DNA of 64,000 nt from Camelus ferus. Taxonomy: Eukaryota. Where the stretch lies: contig NC_045697.1 of NCBI RefSeq assembly GCF_009834535.1, positions 48,424,001 to 48,488,000 on the forward strand, in the 5' to 3' direction. Below are positions 1 to 12,479 of the stretch, in pieces; position 1 is the first letter of the stretch; every line of letters begins with the position of its first letter. The notes under the pieces are model-generated. The model worked only from the letters and a program-made list of their open reading frames with translations, was not told the origin of the DNA and ran no database searches. A program made the translations under genes and the position numbers.

Positions 1-2
1 GA

Positions 3-49
<47 letters not shown>

Positions 50-138
50 GGAGAGAGAAAGAAAGAAAGAGAAAGAAAGGGAGGAAGGAAGAGAGGGAGG
101 AAGGAAGGAAGGAAGGAAGGAAGGAAGGAAGGAAGGAA

Positions 139-200
<62 letters not shown>

Positions 201-310
201 AAAGAAAGAAAGGAAAGAAAGAAAGGAAAGAAAGAGGGAGGGAGGAAGAAAGAAAGAGAAGGGAAGAAGAAAAGAAAGAAAAGAGAAGGGAAGAAAGAAT
301 GAAAAGAAAG
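1..310. repeat. Compound purine microsatellite (GAAA)n/(GGAA)n
   Basis: Almost pure A/G run of GAAA and GGAA units from the window start to ~310. Confidence 0.97.
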
Positions 311-974
311 ACTAATTGAGAGCTGTCTTAAACAAGTGACTCCTGTCCACAGTCTCTCCTGAGGAGGCAGCTCTGGGCTGCCAGATCTACCGTGAGACCT
401 CGCAGCTCTTTCGTAACACCTGTCATCACTAATTCCATCCAGCTCTGACTTTGGACTGAGGACCTCCCACACAGAGGCTCAAGGAAACCAAGACATTCTG
501 AGAAGAGTAATACAAGTGCTCCTCTGAAACAGATTAACTAGCGAAATCAGACTCCCTCTTTCCAAAATGTTAAAGGGAGGAAAAAAGAGAGAGAATCAGC
601 CAGGTGTAGGTGACATAAAAGCTGGGAGGAATAAAAACACCCTGATAAGAAATGGTAGTCAGGGCTATAATGGGTCACCAGCATCCAAAACTTATATAAG
701 AAACTGAAACTACAAGAAAGGAGACGTGATGAGTGAGGAGAACCAATGAGGTAGAGAAAGGGGGCTGAAAGAAAGGGGAATAATTGTGTCAGCAGAGGCA
801 GGAGCAGTAAATGTGGAGACAAAGAGAAATTTAGCCACCTTAATGGTGTAAGGTCAACAAATTCCTGCTCCTGAGAGGCTAACTAGAAAGTCCAGTTCGT
901 AGAGTTGCCAAGCCAGACCTCAGCTGTTAGCAGAGATTCCTTTTCTATTGATATCCTTCCAAAACCTCACTGTT

Positions 975-1037
975 TAAAAAAAATAAAATAAAATAAAATA
1001 AAATAATAATAATAATAATAATAAATAATAATAATAA
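975..1037. repeat. A-rich simple repeat (AAAAT)n/(AAT)n
   Basis: Direct reading of the tandem units. Confidence 0.85.
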
Positions 1038-3049
1038 CATAGTGAGTCTCTTCCTTGTATCCAGTGGAACCTAATTACCTCCTAACTACTGGGAAGGCTT
1101 CATGCTAAGTGCTTTCACATTATTATCTCAATTTTAAACCATATTTCTCAGTTTAAATACCAACAATGCTCCCATACATCAGGTGCAAGGGGAACTAATA
1201 AAGTTGAAGTGATTTTCATGTTCCATGAGCTATAAAATACGGAAGTCACAGCCAGAAGGAACTGTGTAGTGGAAGAATTTGCTGCTTTTCCCACCTGGTT
1301 CACAAAGAGAAAAACAATCTAACTAAATAGCATTATGGTAATGAGAGAAAAGGGTGTATCCAGTTGAGATTCTTTTAGTCATTAACAAAAAAAAAATCCC
1401 AGCAAATTAAATTAAACGAACAAGGAGAATTTATTATAATGATACAGAGGTAACTCACAAAAGCATAAAGGGATGTTCAGTCTCAGAAAAGAGCCACACC
1501 TGGGTTTCCTCTGTATCTCTGTGTCTGTCTCCTTCTTCTGTCCACGTCCCCTAGCTTTCTCTATTTCCCCGTCTGCCTGGCAGAAAGTCTCCCCACAACT
1601 GAGTAACCACTCTGCCTAACAGGGAAACTGAATCAATCTCCTCCTTGCCTCTCTTTTTTCCTTCCTGCTACTCTGCACCCACCTCAATTCCATATTCGCA
1701 GGGAAGTTGCTCTGACTGGTCCAGCTTGGGTCAAATATTCATGGTGGGTACAGTGCACTGCAGCTGAGAGACAGAATGAAGGAACCACCTTATATGAAGT
1801 GGGAGTGATGGTGGAGACACGTGGAGGTTGGGGGGGTGGTTGGCCTGGTCTTTTCACCCGGGATCACCAGACTGGGGCAGTTAGGTGGAAGGTGAGTGTT
1901 TATTTTCAGTTGACTCACTTCAAAAGATGTCCACTGCAAAGGGTGAACCAATTATCTCTACCACATTAAGCAAAACAACTCTTCAATGATCCCAAATACA
2001 TAAGACTCCATCTCATGACCTTGCAAAAGGACATTCCAGATCCCTCAAAAAAAAGCTTCCTGATCATCAGCAACGTCAAAATGCGTTCTGAGAAACCTCG
2101 TCCTTTGCAGATTGCCTCCTACGATGTGCCTTATAACTCAGAGCCACTGTGTCCTTCAACCTGAATAGGCCATCCTCCATGCAATACCCAACATGCCAGA
2201 CCTGCTCATTTTCTTTCCTTTCACTCAAGCAAAATCTGTTCTATATTATAATCTTTTGCTCCATGCTAACACCTGGAAAGTAACCTACGTTAGAGCTTTA
2301 AAGGTGTGATACTGTTAAGCATTCCAAAAAACAGAAATATTTTTGAGAGATCATTTCTTACTTTAGAGGAGTGGTTCTGATGATAGCAACAACCTTGGGC
2401 CAATGTGGGGTGGGGGGAGATACATTAAGAAAGGAGATGCTACTTACAATGCAACTCACTTCTAAAATGTGGGACTTGGCGTTTCCTTCTGTTTCCATTC
2501 CGAACTGGTAATCTTGTTTCTGAGACCTACTTTGTAACTGCTGTCTCTGTGTTTTCAGATTATGGCCATAATGCTGTGTTCTTTGCATAATAAATGACAT
2601 TATAAACCAGAGGCACTAAATACAAAATCCTAATGAGGCTACATACATGCAGCACCTTCTAATGCCCTAGACAATGAACAAATTCCACTTTTAATGAGCC
2701 CTCAGAGAGTTTTCAAAGATGAGAATTTTCCAAGATTTGCAGTTTCTTTCCTCTTAAAATGCAAATATACCAATGTCCAATAAGAACTGTTTTTTTTTAA
2801 AAGGAAACATTGGCATTTTCATGCATTTTAATAAGTATTACCCATACTTTCAGCTCTCTCTTCATTTAAGGGGCTGCAGCTCATCTTAGAAACTGACCTA
2901 CTTAATCTAAAATTCTGTCTGTAACTATGGTACAGTAACCAGTGAGATGAGATTATAAATTATTCTATTAGACCTTCCAGCTCACTCCATCAGCTGTAAA
3001 GCCTGTCTCCAGCTCTTAGGTTTTAATTCTTCTCTCTCACACAAAAAGG

Positions 3050-3290
3050 CAGTATGTCTTACTGGTTAGACAATGGATTCAGTAACCAGACTTCCTAGGT
3101 TTAAATCCTTCAGCTAACAGTTGGGAGGCTTTGGGAAAGTTGCTTAAGTTTGCTGGGTCTCATTTTTCTCACCTATAAAATGGGGGTAATAAGTATCTAT
3201 GCATATGATTATTGTGAAGATTAAACAAATTAATATTGCAAAGCTCTTAGAACAGTAACAAGACACGCTAAGGGTTAGTGATTGTTGCAC
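3050..3290 (+). mobile_element. MIR SINE, degraded
   Basis: MIR core-like 'ctttgggaaagttgcttaa...tttttctcacctataaaatggggtaataa...gattattgtgaagattaaa'. Confidence 0.75.
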
Positions 3291-3319
3291 TAACTTTATA
3301 ACCTCCGTCAACTCTTGGT

Positions 3320-3739
3320 TATGGCTGACAGCCTCCCTTCTTGACCTGATTTTCACCAGGCTTCTGAATCCTCCTCTGGACTCGGCCAGCCCTTGGGCTT
3401 TCCCCTCTGTTCTCCTAGACTCTGTCTGAGCAAGAATGCTGCTAAATCGGCTTATTGAAAATCCCCCCCCCAATATCTTATCACTCTGGCCTGCCATTAG
3501 CAAGAATTCTGTTGAGTCTTCTAGCATGAATCCTCCTTACCCCTGATGATTTCTTTAATTAATTTTCTATCCACTGACCCCTACCCTCCTCCTTGGCTGT
3601 AAATCCGCACTTATCCTTGTTGGAGTTGAAATTGGACCAGATCTCTACCTGCTACACGAAACCTCACTGAGGTTGCCTCCCTTGAATAAAGTCTGCCTGA
3701 ATGTCTCTAACAAGTGTCATGAATAATTTTTTTCTTTAA
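3320..3739 (+). mobile_element. ERV1-class LTR remnant (MER34/MER39-like)
   Basis: TATA-like 'ggctgtaaatc', AATAAA at ~3684, terminus 'ttctttaaca'; 5' boundary uncertain. Confidence 0.6.
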
Positions 3740-4197
3740 CACTGCCCTGTCCTTGTCTTTAAATAATCAATCATCTCTTGTGCGGAGTCGGAGGAGAGGC
3801 ATATTTTGGAGATGGCTCTGATATTTTAATCTCATTTCTAATAATTTAACCTCATTGATTAATATTTAAGGTGTTGGTGGGTGGAATGTTTATGCATTAA
3901 CTACACAGGAGAGTCAAAAAGGAGAATTTGATTGTTTAGAGGGACCAGACTGTGAGGGCTAGGGGTATATCAGCAGGAGTTACCTCTACCATAAATACTA
4001 GTATTATAGTAAAAATATGTTTAATTTTAATAGGGTTTGCATTGACAGTGTTCTTTATCATGCAGTCACAGTTTATTGTTAAAACGCATGAATAAGGCAC
4101 ACAATAGCCAAAATCTCCCATCCAACACCTGGTTACAGGTTTGTTAAGGGTGATTGCCTCAACAGTAAGACCACCAGTTTCCCCCAGATAGGTTTCT

Positions 4198-5052
4198 CTT
4201 TTTTTTTTTTTAAAGTATAGTTGATTTACAGTGTTGTATTAGTTTCTGGTGTATAGCACGGAGATTCAGTTATACGTATATATATTCTTTTTTCATATTC
4301 TTTTTCATTATAGGTTGTTATAAGATATTGAAAACAGATCCCTGTGCTGTACAGTAGGACCTTGTTGTTTGTCTATTTTATATATAGTAGTTTGTATCTG
4401 CTAATCCCAAACTCCTAATTTATCCCTCCCCCACACTCTTTTCCCCTTTGGTAACCATAAGTTTGTTTTCTGTATCTGTGAGTCTGTTTGTTTTATATAT
4501 AAAATTTGTATTCATTTGTATTATTTTTATAATAAGTGATATATAATATTCGTCTTTGTCTGACTTACTTCACTTAGTCTGATAATCTCTAAGGCTATCC
4601 AGGTTGCTGCAAATGGCATTCTTTTATTCTTTTTTATGGCTGAGTAGTATTCCATTGTATAAATATACCAAAGCTTCTTTATCCAGTCATCTGTTGATGG
4701 ACATTCAGGTTGCTTCCATGTCTTAGCTATTGTAAATAGTGCTTCTATGAACATTGGGGTGCATGTATCTTTTTGAATTAAGCTTCCATCTGGATGTATG
4801 CCCAGGGTTGGAGTGCTGGATCATATAGTAACTATTTTTAGTGCTTTAAGGAATCTCCCAACTACTTTCCATAGCAGTTGCAGCAAGTTATATTCCCACC
4901 ATCAGTGTAGGAGGGTTCCCTTTTCTCCACACCCTCTCCAGCATTTATCATTTGTGAATTTTTTAATGATGGCCATTCTGACCAATGTGAGGTGAAACCT
5001 CATTGTAGTTCCCGTTTGCATTTCTCTGATAATTAGCAATATTGAGCATCTC
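4198..5052 (-). mobile_element. 5'-truncated L1 (ORF2 C-terminus, 3' UTR, poly(A))
   Basis: Minus-strand ORF MFIEALFTIAKTWKQPECPSTDDWIKKLWYIYTMEYYSAIKKN is L1 ORF2p C-terminal sequence; poly-T at ~4199-4211; degenerate TSD 'ccccagataggttt'/'ccctagatagttt'. Confidence 0.93.
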
Positions 5053-5226
5053 TCCCTAGATAGTTTTTATTCTATTGTTCTATAATGAGTATGAAAAAAC
5101 TTTTTTTTTTTTACTGAAATGGCTTGTAATGACCACCCAATTGTGGGAAAGTGCTAAAACACATAGCCTTCATGTAGATACATACATATTTACTGTTCTA
5201 TATTAGTCTATTCCCCAAAGAATATC

Positions 5227-5424
5227 TTTTTTTTTTTTTTTTTTTGAGTAAAGGTAGAATTTATTTGGAGAGATATATACTCCACAGAGTGCAGGCTATT
5301 TCAGAAGGCAAGAGAAAGGCCATGAGGTGTGGGGGTTGGGTGCTCAGGTTAAAGTAAAAGTAGGTACACACTCCATAGGCAGAGTGCAGGCCATATCCGA
5401 AGGCGAGGGAGTGAAAGAGGTGGC
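5227..5424 (-). mobile_element. Polyadenylated retrocopy of an ERV LTR segment
   Basis: T19 tail, minus-strand AATAAA ~13 nt from the tail, perfect TSD AAGAATATCT (5218-5227 and 5425-5434), similarity to the LTR at ~22580-22760. Confidence 0.8.
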
Positions 5425-8400
5425 AAGAATATCTGTTAAGTACCAAAAATATTAACTGAAAGGTCACATTGAAAAATAGTATTGTTTAGTCTTTAGAAGG
5501 AAAATGGAGGGGACATGGGGTATCATATTAAATGTCCTATAGATGGTTGAAAATGTTGGGGTCTTTTAAAACTTGTATGGAACTGCATAATGTTACCAGT
5601 CTTACCCTAGAAAATGCATCTAGGAAACTACTCTGTAACTTAAAGAAACACCTATTGTTTAAGGTTGGATTCTGTAGATGCAGAGCCTGAGAAAGGGGTT
5701 CTGGTGTGTGTACTTTATTGAGTGAATGCTCTTTAGGACAAGCTGGAGGAGGGGAAGAAGCAGAATAGGAAAGGGCTGAGTGAGGAGCTGAGCTAGGTAG
5801 AGTCTGGGAAGGAATGTGGAAGAGTGGAAATGAGTCATTCCTTGGTTACCCTTGGACAGGGGAGAAGTAGAACCTCTCAGGACTCTCCAGTGAAGTGGCT
5901 CCACTTAGCCAAGGTCAAGACTCTGGAGAAAGTCACAGGTATGAGCTGTTAGCCACAGCCCTCGCAGCAACTGGAGGGTGGCTGCCCCAGCCTATAAAGG
6001 GAATCTGGGCCGGGCTACAATGTCTACCACGCTGCTCTTCGTTGTTTAGTGATGATTTCAAACGCATGACAGTAGGAACTTCATTTTGTGCAGTCTTTGT
6101 ATCCCTGGTACTTACCAGGGTGCCTAGCATATGGCAGGTTTTTAATAAGTTGTTTCATTCATTTAAATTGCATATTGAGAGCTTCCTATTGAATTTATAA
6201 AGCAATTTCTTAAAAGAGCCATCTAAATTCAGCTTTTATTTTGTACTCTTGCTCAGTAACACTGTGTTGTTTTCTTTCATGCACTTGTCACCACTCTGGC
6301 TGCTTACATTTTACATTCTTCTCTGCATATCAGCAGGAGAGGAAGGAAGTGTGGTCTTGTGGTCAGAAGAGTAGCTTGAGAACCCAGAGATCTAGCCGCA
6401 CCTCTTACTGCATGCCCAAGAGAAGTCACTGAACCTCTCAAAGCATCCAGTTTGGGGAAAGGAGATCTTAAAATGGTCGGTTTTACCTCTGTTTAGCTAC
6501 ATCTTTCATACTTCTCTTTTTATGTGAAAACTTTTTATGTTACACATTGTGAATAAAAACTCTCTAAAGCACTTTCCTGATGGAGACAGGAATCTGGGAG
6601 TTCTGATGTTTAGAGAACACATCCCTGGAATCTCAGAATTCTGAGATGCTGGACTTGCATTCTCCACTTTGGGAAGTTTAAAAGAGCTAAGGTGAAATTG
6701 TCTTTGCCCATCCAGCTTAATGCACAAGGGCTATTGGACCTCATCCTATAGACACATCTGCATAGGCTTGGGCAGAGAGGGACCTGAGTGGTGGATTCTG
6801 ATGTGCTTACTACCAAAGGGACATTGCTCCCTCAATAGAGAGGTCACCGCACTTCTTCAAATGCCTCTTTAACTCTCCTTTAGATTTCAACCAACCTCCT
6901 CACAGATGTGGAGAAATTGTCTATAACCACTTTCTCCCTATCTACAAATCTAACAATGCATGCTCACAGAGTAAGGGGCTGGATCATGTTTAAGAAAGCC
7001 CTAACTTTTCTAAGGGATGGAGATAGATTGCCAAAAATCATGGTATTAAAACTATGTAACAGAGGGCATTAAATCACAGAAAATTAGAGAATGAGGACCA
7101 ATGAAGAAAGTAGAAAATTTTTATTGCAGAGGATATATAAACTCAAACACGCTAATAGAATTAATAGCCTAATTAAAATGTTTGCCCATAAATGACATCT
7201 AGATTAAATTGTGAATTAATAAAGGCTTTTATAACCAAAAATTGTACCTGGTATTTACATCATGAATAATTATCTGGCTCCACTAGAGCTGAGAAAGGTT
7301 GGACGACTTGGGGAGGGAAAAAAAAGGGACTTTGGAAACTGATTTAGGGAGAGAATTTCTGAAGCTGACTTGTGTGTGTGTGTTTTCACTGAGTGTAGGT
7401 AACTAAATGTGTGAAGTGGGAAGGAAAGCTGGAGTTGGGAGGCAGAATAAAGAGGCATGGGATACTTTAGAAGCATAAACAGGAAGTTCATAGGCCTCTA
7501 AGGGTAAATCTCGAGTATTTCAAAAATTTTCTTCCATTATTGTCTATGCTCAAGGGCTAAGTGAAAATCAGATTCTCCCCTCTAGAAACTGAAGTTCATG
7601 GGAGAAAACTGCACAACCCCCATCATTACAGAGTAGCGGGATCAGACGGAAAACTACCATACCACCTATCATACTGGGTAGGGCCAGAGGGTAAGTATGT
7701 TTAGGGAAAGGGAAGTTAGTCTCTTCTGGTGGTTTGTCCCTTCTCAAGCCTGGGAACTCACCCGTCAAGGGATTTAGTTCCCTTCCGCATGCCACACCTA
7801 CTCTGCGAACCTCCTCCTTTCTTAGCCTCTGAGGTTCCTCAGAGAGCTCAGAGCTCAGGAATGGGTATAGCGATACCTACAAACAAGTTGAGGACATTTG
7901 GGATCATCACTGCTGAGTGCCTGGGGGCTGAGGTAGACAGAACATTAGGGTGGGAGGGAGTATGGTAGAAATTTAGCAGTGCTCATCATAATTATTTTTC
8001 CTCTCATTCCTGGGCACACAGGAACACTTTCCAGGCTCCCTTGAAGTTAATTTGGGGCCATACACAGGCTCTGGCCAATGAACTGGAAACAAGTGATGTG
8101 TGCCATTTCCAGTCTACAGCAATTCTCTCTCATGTCCTATTTCAGTGTTGCTAGAAGTCTTGTGTTCCAGGTAGAGTCACTGTAAGGTGAAAGCAACCTG
8201 GATTCCCAAGTCATCACTTGGAACAGAGCTTCCCTGTAAACTGCCGAACCTATAGTAGACCCTGCCTGAGTGAGCTGTGTGTGGTTTCAGGGTCTGCTTA
8301 TCACTACCGCACAACAGAGCCTCTTCTGACTAATACAGGGAAGGATGCAGAAAGAGATGTGAGGAGGTGCCCTGCTCTTCTCACCACTTCCCAGAGCCAC

Positions 8401-10831
8401 AAAGAAAGAGCTTCTATTCCAGAAAAGGAGGTATTAAAATCTCTTCAGAGAAGATGGATTTTAATATCTGTATGCTTCATGTTGTCTTTTACAATGAGAA
8501 TGTAGTTCTCATGTCATTTTAAAAAATTCAGAAAGTTAGAAAACAGGCTTTGGGCAACTTTGAGAGGAAGGCTATAGAATGAGGAACTTGGAAGACCTCC
8601 ACATCCCTCAAAGATGTTTCTTCCATTTATAGAAAGACTTATTTGGGTTACCAAGTACCCTTTTAAAAAATGACTCAGTGAGGCAGTGCAAAGTGAATTC
8701 CTGCGTTGGTATGATTTCAATCACAAAATCTGATTGTTGCTGCCTGAAGACACCTCGCTGGGTCAGCGTCGTTTGGCGGGTTGATGGTGTGGATCACCAG
8801 CTTCCTCCAGCTGGTCACACCAGACTTCCTGTTCCCTCCCAGTGATGAGCAAAATGGAATGGTTAATGTTGAAGTGTTCTTGCAAGTAGCCTGAAAGGCT
8901 TTGTAGAGGGAGAATATGAAGTGAAATAATATAATACCTAATAAGTAACTGCTGCTGACTTGTAAAAAAAAATGAGAGATGACCGCTCATTTGAATCAAT
9001 CACAATAAATTAGGGAAGTTGGTTTGCATGCATTCATGAGACATCGGTTCACTGTACTCTGAGAAAATGAGCTTCTGTATGAATACTGTTGGGGGCACTA
9101 GGAATTGAATAAGACAACAGCAAAATCAGCTTCATAAATTCTGCTTCACAACCCAGGCGGCACCGTGGGCTTAGATGCACCATCGAGCCTCCCACATGAA
9201 AATACCTTCACAGAATCTATTTGTCACCAAACACTGAAGAGAAAGAAGCGCAGGTAGACAAGAGAAACTTGAGCTCTCCTCTCTCCCCACTCCTCTACGC
9301 CAGCTGCCTGCAGTTCCCAAAACTATGAAAACCTCTCATATCGGTCAGTGATTCTCCTCGGTTGATTGTCTGTTCCCAAAAGGGTAGGAATGAGTTTTTA
9401 CTCAGTGAATTTTCCCCATAAGCCTTTTATCTCTCATTGTGGAGCCATGGCTCTTTGACCCATTGAAGGGATTTCACAGATCAACACTCAGACAGAATGT
9501 CTGGGGGATAAGGGGCCTACGAAAGGCCTACTAAGGATTATTAGTAGATTGTTCCAGAAATAGAACCTGATCAAGAGCATTTCACGCCACTGGGGTGAAG
9601 TGAAAAAATCACAACTCTGCCAAAAGGCACTCTGCTCTCCTAAATGAAGATCTAGAAGGCGTCCGGGAGGCCTGTCCCACGAGCCTTCAGTGGCAGCCGA
9701 GTTCTCCCCGCCCCAGACTCTGCCTTGCCCTTGCATGGATTTCTCCAGAACACTCTTCTTCTAGCTCCTGGCCCTCCCCTCTCTCGCTGCCTGAGCAGAA
9801 GTCTGGGCTCCTCTCCCTACTTCCAAGTGGAACATTCCTCTTCCTATGTTCTTAAGGATCAAGATGGATACTTTACTTTTCCAGGAAACTTGATTTTATT
9901 TTCATTATGGAACTATATTTTTATTCCATCCCTTTTCTGAAATTTTGCAATGCTCTGGTTTAATAAGGAAATGCCCTAAGTTACTCAATATAAGAAAATA
10001 AGTTCTTTTCCTTTTTAAAGCCTCATTTTAGCATAATTCATTATTAGAGGCCCCCAGAATTCCAAAACTCTCCAGACAGATGCATACACAGATCACGACA
10101 CTTTCTCCACACATTGTGAGGACACTTTCATTAAATCTGAGTTATTATACTGAAGTTAAATTGGTCTGAAAGAACAGAAACTGTGACTCACTTGGTACTT
10201 AGAACTAATGCCACTTACTTTGATAAAACAAGTATTTGTTTTCGATTCTCCATCTATTTCTGTGTTACATCTTATTATCTCCAAAAATAATTCGAAATTT
10301 TTAGAAAAGCCTTCATAAGATTTCCACTGAAAAAAATTGATTCATTGCCCATGTTGTACATTTTGAATTCATTGAAGCAACAAATAATGATTCCTTCAAG
10401 TTTTTCAAGGATTTATTTTTAGAACTAAATGTCCAAAAATTAGATGGACTAATGAGGGGTTTCTTAAATTTAAAATATCTTAATAATATAATTACTAAAT
10501 ATAACCACCCTGATGTTATCCCAATTGCAACTTTAAGCTGCTCTGTTATTCGAGTAGCTTGAAACCTTCATGAGTCTTGGGCAAAATGCAATGCATTGTT
10601 GGTTGAACCACTGATCAATGTAGCATTATTTAGAACCTATACAACAAGAGGCTGTATTATTAAAATATTTGGAGTCATACAGAATAATACACGGAAACAG
10701 CAGGAGAAAAGTTAGAAAAAGCATAGAAGTTGCAAAAAAAATACAAATTGAATAGCCGGTCCTTTAATAAATTGGTATTAATGGTACTTTCAACTACTGA
10801 TCAACCAAACAAAGGAGTGGGGAGAGGGTTC

Positions 10832-11222
10832 CATATTAGTTTGCCAGGGCTGCCATGCAAAGTACCACAGACCGGGTGGCTTAAACAACAGAAAATTACT
10901 TTCTCACAGTCCTGGAGGCTAGAAGTTTGAGATCAAAGTGTTGGCAGGATTGGTTTCTCTTGAGGTCCCTCCCTTGGCTTGTAGATGTCTGTCTTCTGCC
11001 TCTGTCTTCACATCGTTTTCCCTCTGTACACGTCTATGTCCTAATTTCCTCTTCTTAAAAGGACACTAGCCATATTGAGTTAGAGCCCACTCTAATGGCT
11101 GCATTTTGTCTTAGTCACCTAGTTAGAGACCCTATGTTTGAAAACAGTCCCATTTGATGTAGTGGAGTTTAGGACTTCAGTATATAAATTTTGGGATGGG
11201 GGACACAATTCAACCCACAACA
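10832..11222 (-). mobile_element. MaLR LTR (MLT1A-like)
   Basis: Diagnostic 'attagtttgccagggctgcc...ggtggcttaaacaacagaaa...ggggacacaattcaacccacaaca'. Confidence 0.85.
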
Positions 11223-11814
11223 AGGTCCCGACCAAACCATCTGCTGAAAACCACCAGAAATTCCATTTTTCATATGCAAAGCATTAAAGAGCTAGGGGAA
11301 GGGGTGGAAATAGACACATAGACCAAAACCCAAGTTAAAATGGGAACCTAGGTAAAAAAAAAGCAGTGAAACCAGTTTCACTTTGAGGGCACTTGTCAAA
11401 CCTGGTAATCTTAAGCACCTTAAGTTTTGTTTTTCTTTTTCTTTTTCTTGAATTTGCAGGGAGCAGAAAACAGATGAAACCCAAAACCTACCCAGAGTGA
11501 GGAATATAATTATAGCTCCCCTGAATGAAAGGGATAAACACTCAGTTTACGTAAGAGTGAGCTAGAAAATGCCTGTTCCCAACTCCTACCACCTAACCAT
11601 GGGGCCACAAGGAAAATGGTCACTCTTGAACCATGGCATTGTGTAGAGGGACAAAATATCCCTCCTAATAATTCACAGTTACAAACAGCCTCGAGCGGGG
11701 GGGGGGGGGGGTAGCCTGAATTTATAATACTTTTGTTGCCCTCAAAACCCCTAAAGCCTAGTTTCATCTCAAGTAGCCTTAAGTTGGTCTTGCCCTCAGG
11801 TATCTGGCGAAGTG

Positions 11815-12390
11815 TTCTGGTTATTGACTGCTGAACAAAAATCTGTGCTTCCCCAAACTCAGTATCATAAAACAACAGGAATGTTATCATACTCATGGAT
11901 TCTGTGGGTCAAGAATTTGGAAAGTTCATGACAGGGACAACTTATCTCTGGTCCATGGTATCTGGCGCCTATCTGAGAAGACTCGAAGACCAGGAGGTGA
12001 CTTGGGCTGGAAGCTGTAATTATCTGTAAGCTTGCTTCCCTGCATGGCTGGTGGCTGACATAGGCTGTTGGCTAGGACTTCAGCCGAGGCTATTGGTAAG
12101 AAGACTTACATATGACCTTTCTATGTGGCTGCATTGGCTTTCTCACAGCCTGGTGGCTGGTTCCAAGTGCAAAACATCTGAAGAGAAATAGGGGTTAAAC
12201 TCTGTTGCCTTTTATCTCCCAGCCTTGGAAGTCACATAGAATCACTTCCACTCTACAATCCCTCCCAGATTCAAGGAGCAGGAGGACAGACCCCACTTCC
12301 CAATGGGAAGAGTGTCAAAGCCACACTGTAAGAAGAGCACATGGGATGGGAGATGCTGTCACCATCTTTGGATCCTACAATTCACCAACC
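11815..12390 (-). mobile_element. Old MaLR LTR (MLT1F-H-like)
   Basis: 'ccccaaactcagt...ctcatggattctgtgggtcaagaatttgg...ccttggaagtcacatag...accatctttgga' motifs. Confidence 0.7.
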
Positions 12391-12479
12391 AGAAGCACAG
12401 GCAAACTCTTTCTGGAAGAGCTTGTTTTTCAACTCAGGTCTCAAAGTTTCACCCCAGATAAAGTTTCAAAGAATAGCAG

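Noticed and set aside
11697..11711. G15 homopolymer as a G-quadruplex element
   Set aside because: Isolated run with no supporting context, and its length is unreliable
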